Source: Alphaproteobacteria bacterium
GTDB taxonomy: Bacteria; Pseudomonadota; Alphaproteobacteria; JAAXGF01
Length of the DNA stretch: 64,000 bases
Assembly: GCA_963555825.3 (NCBI GenBank)
Contig: CAUVXB020000002.1
Location: 3,136,001-3,200,000, forward strand
Direction: 5' to 3'
The position numbers and the translations under genes are program-made. The notes under the pieces are model-generated. The model was not told the origin of the DNA. It saw nothing but the letters and a program-made list of their open reading frames with translations, and did no database searches. Positions 54,391 through 64,000 of the stretch are shown in pieces (positions within the stretch are counted from its first letter, which is position 1; each line of letters begins with the position of its first letter).

Positions 54391-55476
54391 ATGCCGTGGA
54401 GTAATCAAGGCGGTGGTGGCGGCGGCCAGGGTCCCTGGGGCGGCGGCCCACAGGGCCCGCGACCGCCCGACCTCGAGGAGCTGCTGCGCAAGGGCCAGGA
54501 CCGGGTCCGCAGGCTGATTCCCGGCGGCGTCGGCGGCGCGCGCGGGATTCTGGTCATCATCGTCGTCGTGCTGCTAGGCTGGCTCGCCACCGGGTTCTAC
54601 CGGGTGCAGCCCGAGGAGCAAGGCGTTGCATTGATCTTCGGCGAATGGGTCGGCACCACCCAGCCGGGCCTCAATTACAACCTGCCGGCGCCGATCGGCG
54701 AAATTTTCAGGCCCAAGGTGACGCGGGTGAACCGCACCGAGGTAGGCTTTACCTCGGGCGGCGAGCAGCGCCAGACCGACATGGTGCGCAGCGTGCCCCG
54801 GGAAAGCCTGATGCTGACCGGCGACGAGAACATCATCGACGTCAACTTCGTCACCTTTTGGCGGATCAAGGACGCCGGGCTGTACCTGTTCAACCTCCGC
54901 AACCCCGACCGAACGGTGAAGGACGCCTCGGAGAGCGCGCTGCGCGAGATCATCGGCAAGTCCGGGTTCGAGTTCGCGCGCACCCAGGGGCGCGTCCGCA
55001 TCGAGGGCGAGGCGCAGGAGCTGGTCCAGCGCATCCTCGACCAATACGGCTCCGGCATCGACGTGACCGACGTGCAGCTCCAGAAGATCGACCCGCCGGG
55101 CATCGTGCTCGACTCCTTCCGCGACGTCCAGGCGGCGCGCGCCGACAAGGAGCGCAAGGTCAACGAGGCGACGGCCTACCTGAACGAGGTGGTGGCGCGC
55201 GCCGAGGGCGAGGCCGAGAAGATCGTCAACGAGGCCGAGGGCTACAAGGAGCAGAAGATCGCCATCGCCACCGGCGAGTCGCAGCGCTTCCTGTCGGTCT
55301 ACGCGGAGTACCTGCAGCAGAAGGACGTCACCAGGCGGCGCATCTACCTGGAGACCATGAAGGTCATCATGCGCGACATGGACAAGGTGCTGATCGACAA
55401 CCAAATGGGCGGCTCGGGCGTCGTGCCCTACCTGCCGCTCGACCAATTAACGCGCTCGCGCCCGTCCGGCGGCTGA
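54391..55476 (+). CDS. hflK: FtsH modulator HflK
   Basis: MPW...GPWG..PPDLEEL, MLTGDENI and VVPYLPL. Confidence 0.96.
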   Translation: MPWSNQGGGGGGQGPWGGGPQGPRPPDLEELLRKGQDRVRRLIPGGVGGARGILVIIVVVLLGWLATGFYRVQPEEQGVALIFGEWVGTTQPGLNYNLPAPIGEIFRPKVTRVNRTEVGFTSGGEQRQTDMVRSVPRESLMLTGDENIIDVNFVTFWRIKDAGLYLFNLRNPDRTVKDASESALREIIGKSGFEFARTQGRVRIEGEAQELVQRILDQYGSGIDVTDVQLQKIDPPGIVLDSFRDVQAARADKERKVNEATAYLNEVVARAEGEAEKIVNEAEGYKEQKIAIATGESQRFLSVYAEYLQQKDVTRRRIYLETMKVIMRDMDKVLIDNQMGGSGVVPYLPLDQLTRSRPSGG

Positions 55477-55492
55477 GCGGAGAGGATCGATC

Positions 55493-56380
55493 ATGCGCCC
55501 AACCCATCTCGCGATCATCATCGCGCTGGTCGTCGCCGGTTTCGCGGCGATGTCGTCGATGTTCACCGTGCATCAGGCGAAACAGGCCCTGGTGCTGCAG
55601 TTCGGCAACGTCAAGCGGCTGGTCAACGAGCCCGGCCTGCACTTCAAGATACCGATGGTGCAGGACGTCGTCTATTTCGACAAGCGCGTGCTCGACTTCG
55701 ACGCGCGCGCCGAAGAGGTGCCGACGCTCGACCAGAAACAGCTCGTCGTCGACTCCTTCGCGCGCTACCGCATCGTCGATCCGCTCAAGTTCTTCCAGAC
55801 CGTCAACAACGAGCTCGGCATGGAAGTGCGGCTCGGCAACGTCATCAACGCGAACCTGCGCGCGACCTTCGGCGAGGTCGGGCTGGCGACGCTGCTGACG
55901 CCCGAGCGCGCCCGCCTGATGCAGATCATCGCCGACCTGGTCAAGGCGCAGAGCGTCGAGTTCGGCATCGACGTCATCGACGTGCGCATCAAGCGCATCG
56001 ACCTGCCCGACGAGAACAGTCAGGCGATTTTCCGCCGCATGCAGACCCAGCGCGAGCAGGAAGCGCGCAAGATCCGCGCCGAGGGCGAGAAGGAATCCAA
56101 GCGCATCCGCGCCGAGGCCGACAAGGCGGTCACGATCATCGAGGCGCATGCCGAGCGCACCGGCCAGATCCTTCGCGGCGAGGGCGAGGCCGAGGCGCAG
56201 GCGACCTACAACGACGCCTACGGCCGCGACCAGGAGTTCTTCGACTTCTGGGTCTCGATGAACGCCATGCGCGAGGGCCTGATCGGCGAATCGACACGTT
56301 ACGTCGGCCCGCCGGAGGGCGACTTCTTCCGCTTCTTCGGCGACGTCGCCGGCGGCGCGGACGCGCTCACCAACGAATAG
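55493..56380 (+). CDS. hflC: FtsH modulator HflC
   Basis: SPFH domain (EPGLHFKIP, DVRIKRIDLP); follows hflK. Confidence 0.96.
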   Translation: MRPTHLAIIIALVVAGFAAMSSMFTVHQAKQALVLQFGNVKRLVNEPGLHFKIPMVQDVVYFDKRVLDFDARAEEVPTLDQKQLVVDSFARYRIVDPLKFFQTVNNELGMEVRLGNVINANLRATFGEVGLATLLTPERARLMQIIADLVKAQSVEFGIDVIDVRIKRIDLPDENSQAIFRRMQTQREQEARKIRAEGEKESKRIRAEADKAVTIIEAHAERTGQILRGEGEAEAQATYNDAYGRDQEFFDFWVSMNAMREGLIGESTRYVGPPEGDFFRFFGDVAGGADALTNE

Positions 56381-56437
56381 CGCCGGCGCCGCGCCCCAAG
56401 CTGCCGACCGGAGGTTACGTAAAAGGCTTATATAAAA

Positions 56438-56661
56438 GGTGTCAGACACCATTTCTATGAAGTCTAGCCAGTTACTTAGCATGGTGTCAGACACTTTTGA
56501 TGGCGGATTGTGGTGGCCGATTCCATGACATCGATCGGGGGCCCGGTCCGCGAGTCGTTATTACAGGTGTCCGACACCTTTAAATAGTATTTCAATCAAA
56601 TGATAAATATGGTGTCTGACCCCGTTTATTCTGTCAATAACTTAGGGCGGTGTCAGACACC
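56438..56661. repeat. array of five 13-bp palindromes GGTGTCnGAC(A/C)C(C/T) with mostly AT-rich spacers
   Basis: Copies start at 56438, 56483, 56566, 56611 and 56649. Confidence 0.88.
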
Positions 56662-56933
56662 GTTTCTAGGGGCCGTTGCGGTGAAACCGTTCGGCGGGGA
56701 CGCGGCGCGCCTTACAATGCCGGGTTCTTGCCCTCGGCGTGCACCGCCTCGATGGCGGCGAGGCAGATGTCGGAAACGAACAGGCCACTGCGGCCCAGGC
56801 GACGGTATCGCATATCGAGGCGGCGCCGAATTTGGACAAAACGGCGTGCAGTATATCGAGCGGTGCTTGACGCCGCGGCAACCGAGGATGAATTATGCGC
56901 GCCCCGGGGCATTGCGAGGGGCGCGCCCGTCCG

Positions 56934-58109
56934 ATGAGTTATTCCGTCAACCCGCTGCTCGGCGCCGTCGCCGCGCCGCCGATCGCCGAGGCCCAGGGCT
57001 GGGTCGAAGGCCGAACCTTCCCGGCCGACAAGCCCTTGCTCGACGTCGCGCAAGCCCTGCCCGGCTACCCGCCCGACGCGGCGCTCACGGCGCATCTGGC
57101 CGAGGTCGTCGGGCGGCCCGAGACGGCGCGCTATACCGAAATCGAGGGCACTCCGGCGTTGCGCGCCGCGCTGGCCGGCCAGACCAGCGCCATCTACGCG
57201 GCGTCGATCGAGCCGGCCCAGGTCTGCATCACGGCGGGCTGCAACCAGGCTTTCTGCCTGGCCACGATGGCGCTCGCCGGCGCCGGTGACGAAGTCATTC
57301 TGCCGGCGCCCTATTACTTCAATCACCAGATGTGGCTCGACATGCTCGGCATCACGGCCGTGCATCTGCCGTTCAACGCCGAGGGCGGCGGCGTGCCCGA
57401 CGCGGCCGACGCCGCGGCGCTGATCGGGCGTAAGACGCGCGCCATCGTGCTGGTGACGCCAAACAACCCGACCGGCGCGGTCTATCCGCCCGCCGCGCTC
57501 GACGCGTTCTTCGAGCTGGCGCGGTCGCGCGGCGTCGCGCTGGTGGTCGACGAGACCTACCGCGATTTCCTGACCGAGGCTGTGCCGCCGCACGGCTTGT
57601 TCGGGCGCGACGGCTGGGACGAGACGCTGGTGCATCTCTACAGCTTCTCGAAGGTCTACAGTTTGACCGGCTATCGTGTCGGCGCGGTGATCTCGGGCGC
57701 GCGGCTGATCGGCGAGATCGCCAAGGCGATGGACTGCGTCTCGATCTGCGCGCCGCGCATCGCCCAGGACGCCGCGCTGTTCGGTATCGAGAACCTGGCC
57801 GATTGGCGCGCCGAGAAGCGCGCGCTGATGGACGCCCGCGCCGAGGCGCTGCGCCGCGCCTTCTCGCGCAACGACCTGGCCTACGAGCTGATCAGCGCCG
57901 GCGCCTTCTTCGCTTATCTGCGCCACCCCTTCGAGGGCGTCCCGGGCGCCGTTATCGCCCGCCGGCTGGCCGACGAGCAGAATGTCCTCAGTCTGCCCGG
58001 CGCCATGTTCGGGCCCGGCCAGGACGAATTCCTGCGTTTCGCCTTCGCCAACCTCGATGCCGAATGGATGCCCGAACTGGCGCGCCGCCTGGTCGCCAGC
58101 CAGCCATGA
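56934..58109 (+). CDS. class I/II aminotransferase
   Basis: VTPNNPTG, VDETY and YSFSKVYSLTGYRVG. Confidence 0.92.
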   Translation: MSYSVNPLLGAVAAPPIAEAQGWVEGRTFPADKPLLDVAQALPGYPPDAALTAHLAEVVGRPETARYTEIEGTPALRAALAGQTSAIYAASIEPAQVCITAGCNQAFCLATMALAGAGDEVILPAPYYFNHQMWLDMLGITAVHLPFNAEGGGVPDAADAAALIGRKTRAIVLVTPNNPTGAVYPPAALDAFFELARSRGVALVVDETYRDFLTEAVPPHGLFGRDGWDETLVHLYSFSKVYSLTGYRVGAVISGARLIGEIAKAMDCVSICAPRIAQDAALFGIENLADWRAEKRALMDARAEALRRAFSRNDLAYELISAGAFFAYLRHPFEGVPGAVIARRLADEQNVLSLPGAMFGPGQDEFLRFAFANLDAEWMPELARRLVASQP

Positions 58110-58146
58110 AGTTAGCCCGGCGCGCGCCCAACCATCGCGAGGAGCC

Positions 58147-58332
58147 ATGCTCGATTTCCTAAGCGCACTCTGTCTGGTCTTCGTCATCGAGGGCGCGCTC
58201 TATGCGCTGTTCCCCGACGGCATGAAACGCATGATCGAGCAGGCGCTCGAACTGCCCGCGTCGTGGCTGCGCTCGGCGGGCCTCGCCTCGACCTGCCTCG
58301 GCGTCGTCGCGCTCTGGCTGATCCGCGGATGA
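58147..58332 (+). CDS. DUF2065 family small membrane protein
   Basis: MLDFLSALCLVFVIEGALYALFP...LRSAGL; GAGGAG SD. Confidence 0.85.
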   Translation: MLDFLSALCLVFVIEGALYALFPDGMKRMIEQALELPASWLRSAGLASTCLGVVALWLIRG

Positions 58333-58976
58333 ACGCGCGTTACCGCGCCGTCCTGTGGGATATCGACGGCGTACTGATCGATAGCGAGCCGCTGCATTTC
58401 GACAACATCGTCGGCGCCTGCGCGCGCTACGGCTACGCCTTCTCCGACGACGATTGCCGTCGTTCCCTGGGCGTCAGCTTCCGCGAGATGTGGCGCATGA
58501 TCCCTGGCCTGCCAGCGATGGGGGTCGCGTTCGACGACCTGCTGGCCGAATTGATCGACGACTACGTCGAGCGCGTGCGCCCCGACATGGCGCGCGCGCC
58601 GGCGCCCGAGTTGATCGCCGCGTTGGCCGGCCGCGGCGTGCCGATGGCCGCCGCCTCGTCGTCGCCGCGGCGCATCGTCGACGCCAACATCGCCGCAATC
58701 GGCGCCGGCGCCCATCTGGCGGCCTGGCTGGCGCGCGAGGATGCGCGCGAGGGCAAGCCGGCGCCCGACCTCTATCTCGAGGCGGCCCGGCGCATCGGCT
58801 GCGCGCCGACCGACTGCCTGGTCGTCGAGGACACGCCGACCGGCGTCGCCGCCGGCAAGGCCGCCGGCATGACGGTGATCGCCTGGCCCCACGCGATGAC
58901 CGCGTCGATGGATTTCTCCCAAGCCGATTGCGTCGTCGACGACCTCGCGGCCTTCGACTGGTCGGCGGTGGGTTAG
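58329..58976 (+). CDS. HAD-family phosphatase
   Basis: WDIDGVLIDSE, GKPAPD and VVEDT..G. Confidence 0.92.
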   Translation: MNARYRAVLWDIDGVLIDSEPLHFDNIVGACARYGYAFSDDDCRRSLGVSFREMWRMIPGLPAMGVAFDDLLAELIDDYVERVRPDMARAPAPELIAALAGRGVPMAAASSSPRRIVDANIAAIGAGAHLAAWLAREDAREGKPAPDLYLEAARRIGCAPTDCLVVEDTPTGVAAGKAAGMTVIAWPHAMTASMDFSQADCVVDDLAAFDWSAVG

Positions 58977-58994
58977 GGAGTGGCGCGAGGCGAC

Positions 58995-59759
58995 ATGAAC
59001 CCGATCATCGCGCTGTGGTGCCATCCGCGTTCCATGTCGACGGTCATCGAGCGCGTCATGCGCGAGCGCGGCGACTGCGCGTGTTTCCACGAGCCGTTCC
59101 TCCACCACTACTACATCGACCGCGCGGTACGCGAACTGCCGCATTACGACATCGATCCCGAGACCCCGACGACCTACGCCGATATCCGCGACATGCTACT
59201 CGCCGCCGCCGACGATGGCGCGGTCTTCATCAAGGACATGAGCTTTTACATCGTGCCGACGCTGTTCGACGACCCGGCGTTCGCCGGGCGCATCACCCAC
59301 AGCTTCCTGATCCGGAACCCGGTCAGTGCGATCGTGTCCCACCACAAGCTCGATCCGGGCGTGACACGCGACGAGATCGGTCTCGAGGCCCTGTGGCGCC
59401 ACGTCGCCTGGCTCATCGAAACGACCGGCGAGACGCCCATCGTGGTCGAGGCCGAGAGCGTCCAGCGCGACCCGCAAGCCATGATCGGTGCCTATTGGCG
59501 GCGCGTCGGCCTGACGCCCGTCGCGGATGCCTTCGAATGGTCGTCGGATGACGTTCCCGACGACTGGCAGCAGGTCGCCGGCTGGCACGAGACGGTCGCG
59601 ACGAGCGGCGCCATTCGCAACTATTCGGCCGAGGACACGGCGGTGCGCCGGGCCGAGTTCGAGGCCGCCGCAGCCGCCGCGCCGCAGCTCAACGCCTATC
59701 TCGCCCATCACCTGCCGTTCTACGAGAAGCTGCGCGAGTTGGCACTGCGACCCGATTGA
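58995..59759 (+). CDS. sulfotransferase-like P-loop-fold protein
   Basis: IALWCHPRSMST, HEPF, FIKDM and FLIRNP. Confidence 0.75.
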   Translation: MNPIIALWCHPRSMSTVIERVMRERGDCACFHEPFLHHYYIDRAVRELPHYDIDPETPTTYADIRDMLLAAADDGAVFIKDMSFYIVPTLFDDPAFAGRITHSFLIRNPVSAIVSHHKLDPGVTRDEIGLEALWRHVAWLIETTGETPIVVEAESVQRDPQAMIGAYWRRVGLTPVADAFEWSSDDVPDDWQQVAGWHETVATSGAIRNYSAEDTAVRRAEFEAAAAAAPQLNAYLAHHLPFYEKLRELALRPD

Positions 59760-59911
59760 CCGGGCCCACGCCGTCGGCGCGTGACCGGGCCGCGAATTTC
59801 GCACGGTGACCGCGTCGGACACCGTGCTAGCATTTCCCGAGACCGGCCCGGATCGATGACCGATGTTGGGGGCGCCGCCTGAACCGGCTTCGATGTCCAA
59901 GGAGGCGCACC

Positions 59912-61340
59912 ATGTCCGACAACGAGCTCTGTTATCTGCCGGCGACCGAGGCGATCACGCGCTTCAAGGCGCGCACGCTGTCGCCGGTCGAGCTGATGGC
60001 CGCGGTGATCGACCGCGCCGAGGCGGTCAATCCGACGATCAACGCCTTCACCTACACGTTCTTCGACCGCGCGCTCGACCAGGCGAAGGCCGCCGAGGCG
60101 CGCTACGCCAAGACCGACGGGCGGACGCGCGCGCTCGAAGGCATCCCGATGGTCAATCAAGGACGAGACCGCGATCAAGGGCGAGCGCACGACCTCGGGC
60201 TCGCTGATCATGAAGGACAACATCGACGAGGCGGACGCGCGCATCGTCGAGCGCATCAAGCGCGCCGGCGCGATCATCCACGGCCGCTCGACCGCGCCCG
60301 AGTTTGGCTGCGCGGCGGTGACGCACTCGAAGCTCTGGGGCGTGACGCGCAACCCGTGGAACCCCGACTTCACACCCGGCGGCTCGTCGGGCGGCGCGGC
60401 GGCCCAGCTCGCCGCCGGCACGACGACGCTCGCCAACGGCTCCGACATCGGCGGCTCGATCCGCATTCCGGCGTCGTGTTGCGGCGTCGTCGGCTTCAAG
60501 CCGCCCTACGGCCGGGTGCCCGAGGACGCCGGTTTCAACCTCGATTTCTACTGCCACGAGGGCCCGCTGGCGCGCAGCGTCGCCGACTGCGCATTGTTCG
60601 AGAACGTCATCGCCGGCCCGCACCCCAGGGACATCGCGACACTGCGGCCGAAACTCAACATCCCGGCCCAGCTCAAAGGCATCGAGGGCTGGAAAATCGC
60701 CTATTCGATCGACCTCGGCTATTGCGAGGTCGACCCGGACGTGCGGCGCAACACCGAGGCCGCGCTCGACGTCTTCCGCGACCTCGGCTGCACCGTCGAG
60801 GCGGTCGACCTCGGCTGGTCGTGGCAGGTTCTCAGCGTCGCGATGACACACTTGGGACACCTGTTCGGCAACTCGATGGTCAAGTATCTGGCGCGCCATC
60901 GCTACGACATGACCAACTATGCCCGCGCCTTCGCCGAGTTCGCCCGCACCACGACCGCCGAGGCGTTCTTCGACGCCATGGTCTTCGCCGACGAGATGTA
61001 CGCGACGCTTGGGCCCGTGCTCGAGCGCTACAATGTCCTGGTCTGCCCGACGACGGCGCTAGCCGCGGTGCCGGCCGACCACGATTCGACCCGAGAGCCG
61101 GTCGAGATCAACGGCCTCGAGGTCGAACCGATGCTCGGCTGGGTGATGACCTATCCGTTCAACGTGATGAGCCGTTACCCGGTGATCAGCGTGCCCTCGG
61201 GCCATGCCGCCAACGGCGTGCCGACCGGCCTGCAAATCGTCGGCCGCACCTACGACGACGTCAGCGTGTTCCGCGCCGCCGCCGCCTTCGAGCGCGCCAA
61301 GCCCTGGCTCGACACGCCCGAGCGGCGACCGACGCTGTAG
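59912..61340 (+). pseudogene. amidase-signature enzyme with a +1 frameshift at ~60155 (pseudogene or sequence error)
   Basis: ATG GTC a ATC AAG GAC: removing one A restores GIPMVIKDE...TPGGSSGG...GSDIGGSIRIPAS, joining ORFs 59912 and 60210. Confidence 0.85.
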
Positions 61341-61449
61341 CCGACCATCCCGTCGGCCGGATGCCGGCGTGACTGCATGGCCGCAAGCCAGCGGCCACTG
61401 ATAGCGAATCTGGTCCCGCTGGATGACCAGTCGCCTCCGCCTGCTGGCT

Positions 61450-61776
61450 CTACACCGCTACTATCTGAAATGCCGCTTGGATCAGTCCGATTACGACCAT
61501 TACTCTGGCCAGAACCGCCCAGATTTCTGATCCTTTGTAATTTCCGGCACTTCGCCATATCGCGACGGATACGAACACCGTGTACGCGAGTACAAAAATG
61601 GCATAGGCCGTCATGCCAAATACAAATGACGCTGACGGCTCTACGTCGGGGGAGTTCGAGATTGCCGGGACAATGAGATAACTGGGTATTTCCAGCAGGC
61701 TGTAGAAGAGAACCCCAAACACCCAATAGGTGCGTACCAAGGGAATTTCGCCACGCCACAGCAAATTGAAAAACAT
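61450..61776 (-). CDS. hypothetical membrane protein in a lower-GC patch
   Basis: Three hydrophobic segments, LWRGE.PL...YW and VAIWRSA..Y; start uncertain. Confidence 0.65.
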   Translation of the reverse strand: MFFNLLWRGEIPLVRTYWVFGVLFYSLLEIPSYLIVPAISNSPDVEPSASFVFGMTAYAIFVLAYTVFVSVAIWRSAGNYKGSEIWAVLARVMVVIGLIQAAFQIVAV

Positions 61777-61911
61777 TATTTTAGGTTCCTGTATCGTATT
61801 CGGTGTCGGTTTTCAGTCGCCCGGTTGTCCGGACTTCGGGCGCCATGCACTTTCAGTTTTGACCTGCCGGAAGCATGGCGCGGACGCCGGCGTGCCTTCG
61901 CCGATAACTTA

Positions 61912-63085
61912 TACCGCATCCGGCTGATCAGTTCGGATAGATGGTTTTGGGCCACCAGTGGAAGTCGATACGCCCCTTGAAGAGTTCGGGATTGGCATCG
62001 AGAGTGAGGCAGCGCCGGGCGACGACGGCGTCGAGTTCCTCGATGGTCTCGAAGTGTCTGTTTGCGACCGGCTCGTCGAGTACGGGCCAGAGACATTCGG
62101 CCGGTTGCAGCTGGGGCGTATAGGGCGGCAAGTAGACGAGGTGGAGGCCTTCCGGCACCGTGAGGTTCGGCGCCGTGTGCCACCCGGCGCCGTCGATCAC
62201 CAGGATGATGATGCGGCTCTGCCCAGCGCCGGCCTCGCGGGCGAAGAGGGCGAGCAGCTTCTCGAAGAATGGCTTGGAGACACAATTGGAGATGTACCAA
62301 AAGGTCTCTCCGCTGGTCGGCGAGACGAGGGCGGTGACGTAGAGCCATTTGAAGCGGTGGTGGCCGAGCGCCACCGGGCGCATCCCGCGCGGCGCCCAGC
62401 AGCGCCGGGCCAATGGCTTCAGACCGAGCCGGTGTTCGTCGCTGGCGAAGACTTCGATCGGCGTGCCGGGGTGGCGCTCGGCTTCTTCCGCGACCAGGCG
62501 GTGAAGTTTTTTTTAAACGCCTGGCGTTCTTCCTCGCTCGCCGCCCCGGGGTTGTTCGGCCTGGGCACCTGCAAACTCCACTCGACTGCCTTCAGCGCCT
62601 CCCAGCCCCGTTGCGGCGCCACCGTCTCCAAGCCCAGTTCGCCCGCCATCCAAGCCGCCACCTTCGGCCCAGACCACAAGCCGCCGTCCGCCGGCGGCTT
62701 TTTCAGGCGCTCTTTCAACACCGCCAGGACTTCCGGCTTCAGGATCGTCGCCTCGGAGCCGTTCGAGCGTCGACGATCGCCCAGCGACGACGGGCCGAGC
62801 TTGTTGTAGCGAGAAAGCAATTGTTCGAGCCAGCGTTGGCCGAAACTCGTCATCTCCGACACTTCGCGAACCGTATGGCCTTTGGCCAAAAGCCAGATCA
62901 CCTGGAAGTGCCGCGCCTCCGTCGCCTCCGACGCCGAGCGATACCGTCCCTCCAACTCAGAAAGCTGCAAATGTTCCTCGACATGCGCCATGTCCCGCCC
63001 CTCCGCGAATCATGACTACGGATCCTAACCCTTTCCGATTCCAACGGGAATCCGTCGCAACCGAATCATTCAGGCGGAGTCGGTA
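61912..63085 (-). mobile_element. IS630-family insertion sequence
   Basis: Imperfect IRs TACCGCATCCGGCTGA / TCAGGCGGAGTCGGTA, flanked on both sides by TTA (61909-11 and 63086-88). Confidence 0.88.
61928..62991 (-). CDS. IS630 transposase, two ORFs joined by a probable programmed -1 frameshift
   Basis: wHTH ORF 62991-62419. Slippery TTTAAAAAAAAC at 62517-62506; the -1 frame reads KLHRLV...SDEHRLG...IDGAGWH...LPPYTPQLQPAE. Confidence 0.88.
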
Positions 63086-63468
63086 TTACTCGGGCAGGCC
63101 GGCCTGGCGCAGGCCGTCGATGTAGTGGTCGCGGTCGGCCGGGCTCCTGAACGGCAGGACGGCGTCGATGAATGACACCGAGACATTCGGGTTGAGGTCG
63201 TGGACGCGCGCGAGCACCGCGCGGGCCTCGTCGACGCGCCCGAGATGGGCCAGCGCCGCGGCTTCGTGGGCGTGCAGCCAAAACACGTGGCCCACGCTCG
63301 GCTGGTGTTGGCTCCGGCGCGCCCATTCCACCGCCTCCTCGTGGCGCCGCAGCAGGGTCAACGCGAGGCTCCGCATCGTCATCATGGCGAAGGCCATCGG
63401 GTCGCGCGGGCTGAGACGGAGCGCCTCGTCATATGCGCCGAGCGCTTCCTCGGCGCGGCCGATCAAGG
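63086..63468 (-). pseudogene. C-terminal TPR fragment of a cyclase/TolB-TPR-like protein, cut by the IS3 element
   Basis: ALRLSPRDP...YIDGLRQAGLPE resembles the C-terminus of 15851-17635; the frame ends at the IS3 terminus. Confidence 0.75.
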
Positions 63469-64000
63469 TGAGGTGGTCCCACTTTGTTGGACAGTTTGGC
63501 AGCGCGGTTAAGGTGTATTCCGTTGTTTGATCATGCTGCCAAAATCCTTTTTATCACATCCTGTTGCTGTTGTTGAGCCTGTGGGGATGTGGGCAAGGCG
63601 CGAGCCTTGTCCATCATATCCACAGGTTGACCGGCCCCGTAGGCCTCGGCCGGCGTTTGACCGTCGAGGGACGAATGGGGCCGCTCGGTGTTGTAGAAGC
63701 CGATCCACTCGCCGATGACCCGTTCGGCGTGGAAGCCGTCGGTGAGCTCGTGTAGGTAGACCGCCTCATACTTGAGAGACCGCCACAGGCGCTCGATGAA
63801 GATGTTGTCCATGCAGCGGCCCCGACCGTCCATGGAGATGCGGATGCTCGCGTTCTTGAGCACGCCGGTGAAGTCGAGGCTGGTGAACTGGCTGCCCTGA
63901 TCCGTATTGAATATCTCCGGCTGGCCGTAGCGGGCCAGCGCGTCGCCCAAGGCCTCGGCGCAGAATCCAGCGTCCATGGTGTTCGACAGCCGCCAGGATA
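63469..64000 (-). mobile_element. IS3-family insertion sequence (partial; transposase 3' end 63531..>64000)
   Basis: FNTDQGSQFTS, SMDGRGRCMDNIFIERLWRSLKYE and YNTERPHSSL; terminus TGAGGTGGTCCCACTTTGTTGGACA. Confidence 0.92.

Noticed and set aside
56438-56661. CRISPR array interpretation of the palindrome cluster
   Set aside because: The repeats are only 13 bp, the spacing is irregular, the spacers share a motif, and no cas genes are present.

Overview
High-GC chromosomal segment of an alphaproteobacterium, probably Rhodospirillales-like. The taxonomic evidence is a two-piece permuted tmRNA next to an alpha-type sspB, plus mreBCD-mrdA-rodA, hflKC, fumC, thyX and leuA. Most of the window is housekeeping and small-molecule catabolic genes: amidases, aminotransferases, FAD oxidases, hutH and a GcvT-SHMT fusion. 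Mobile DNA comprises an IS21 element (26682-29251) inside an amidohydrolase gene and flanked by a 547-bp direct duplication instead of a short TSD, an IS630 element, a partial IS3 element at the right edge, and a 263-bp MITE with two solo end copies. A family of 13-bp palindromes (GG[T/G]GTCnGAC[A/C]CC) coupled to IHF-like boxes occurs at two intergenic loci. Unusual proteins include a TPR + PRMT-like methyltransferase, a predicted exported protein with three C-x6-P-x2-C repeats, an unannotated 33-aa zinc-finger ORF, and a MocR regulator divergent from pdxJ with ATTGTTAC repeats. All calls come from manual motif recognition; no database searches were run.
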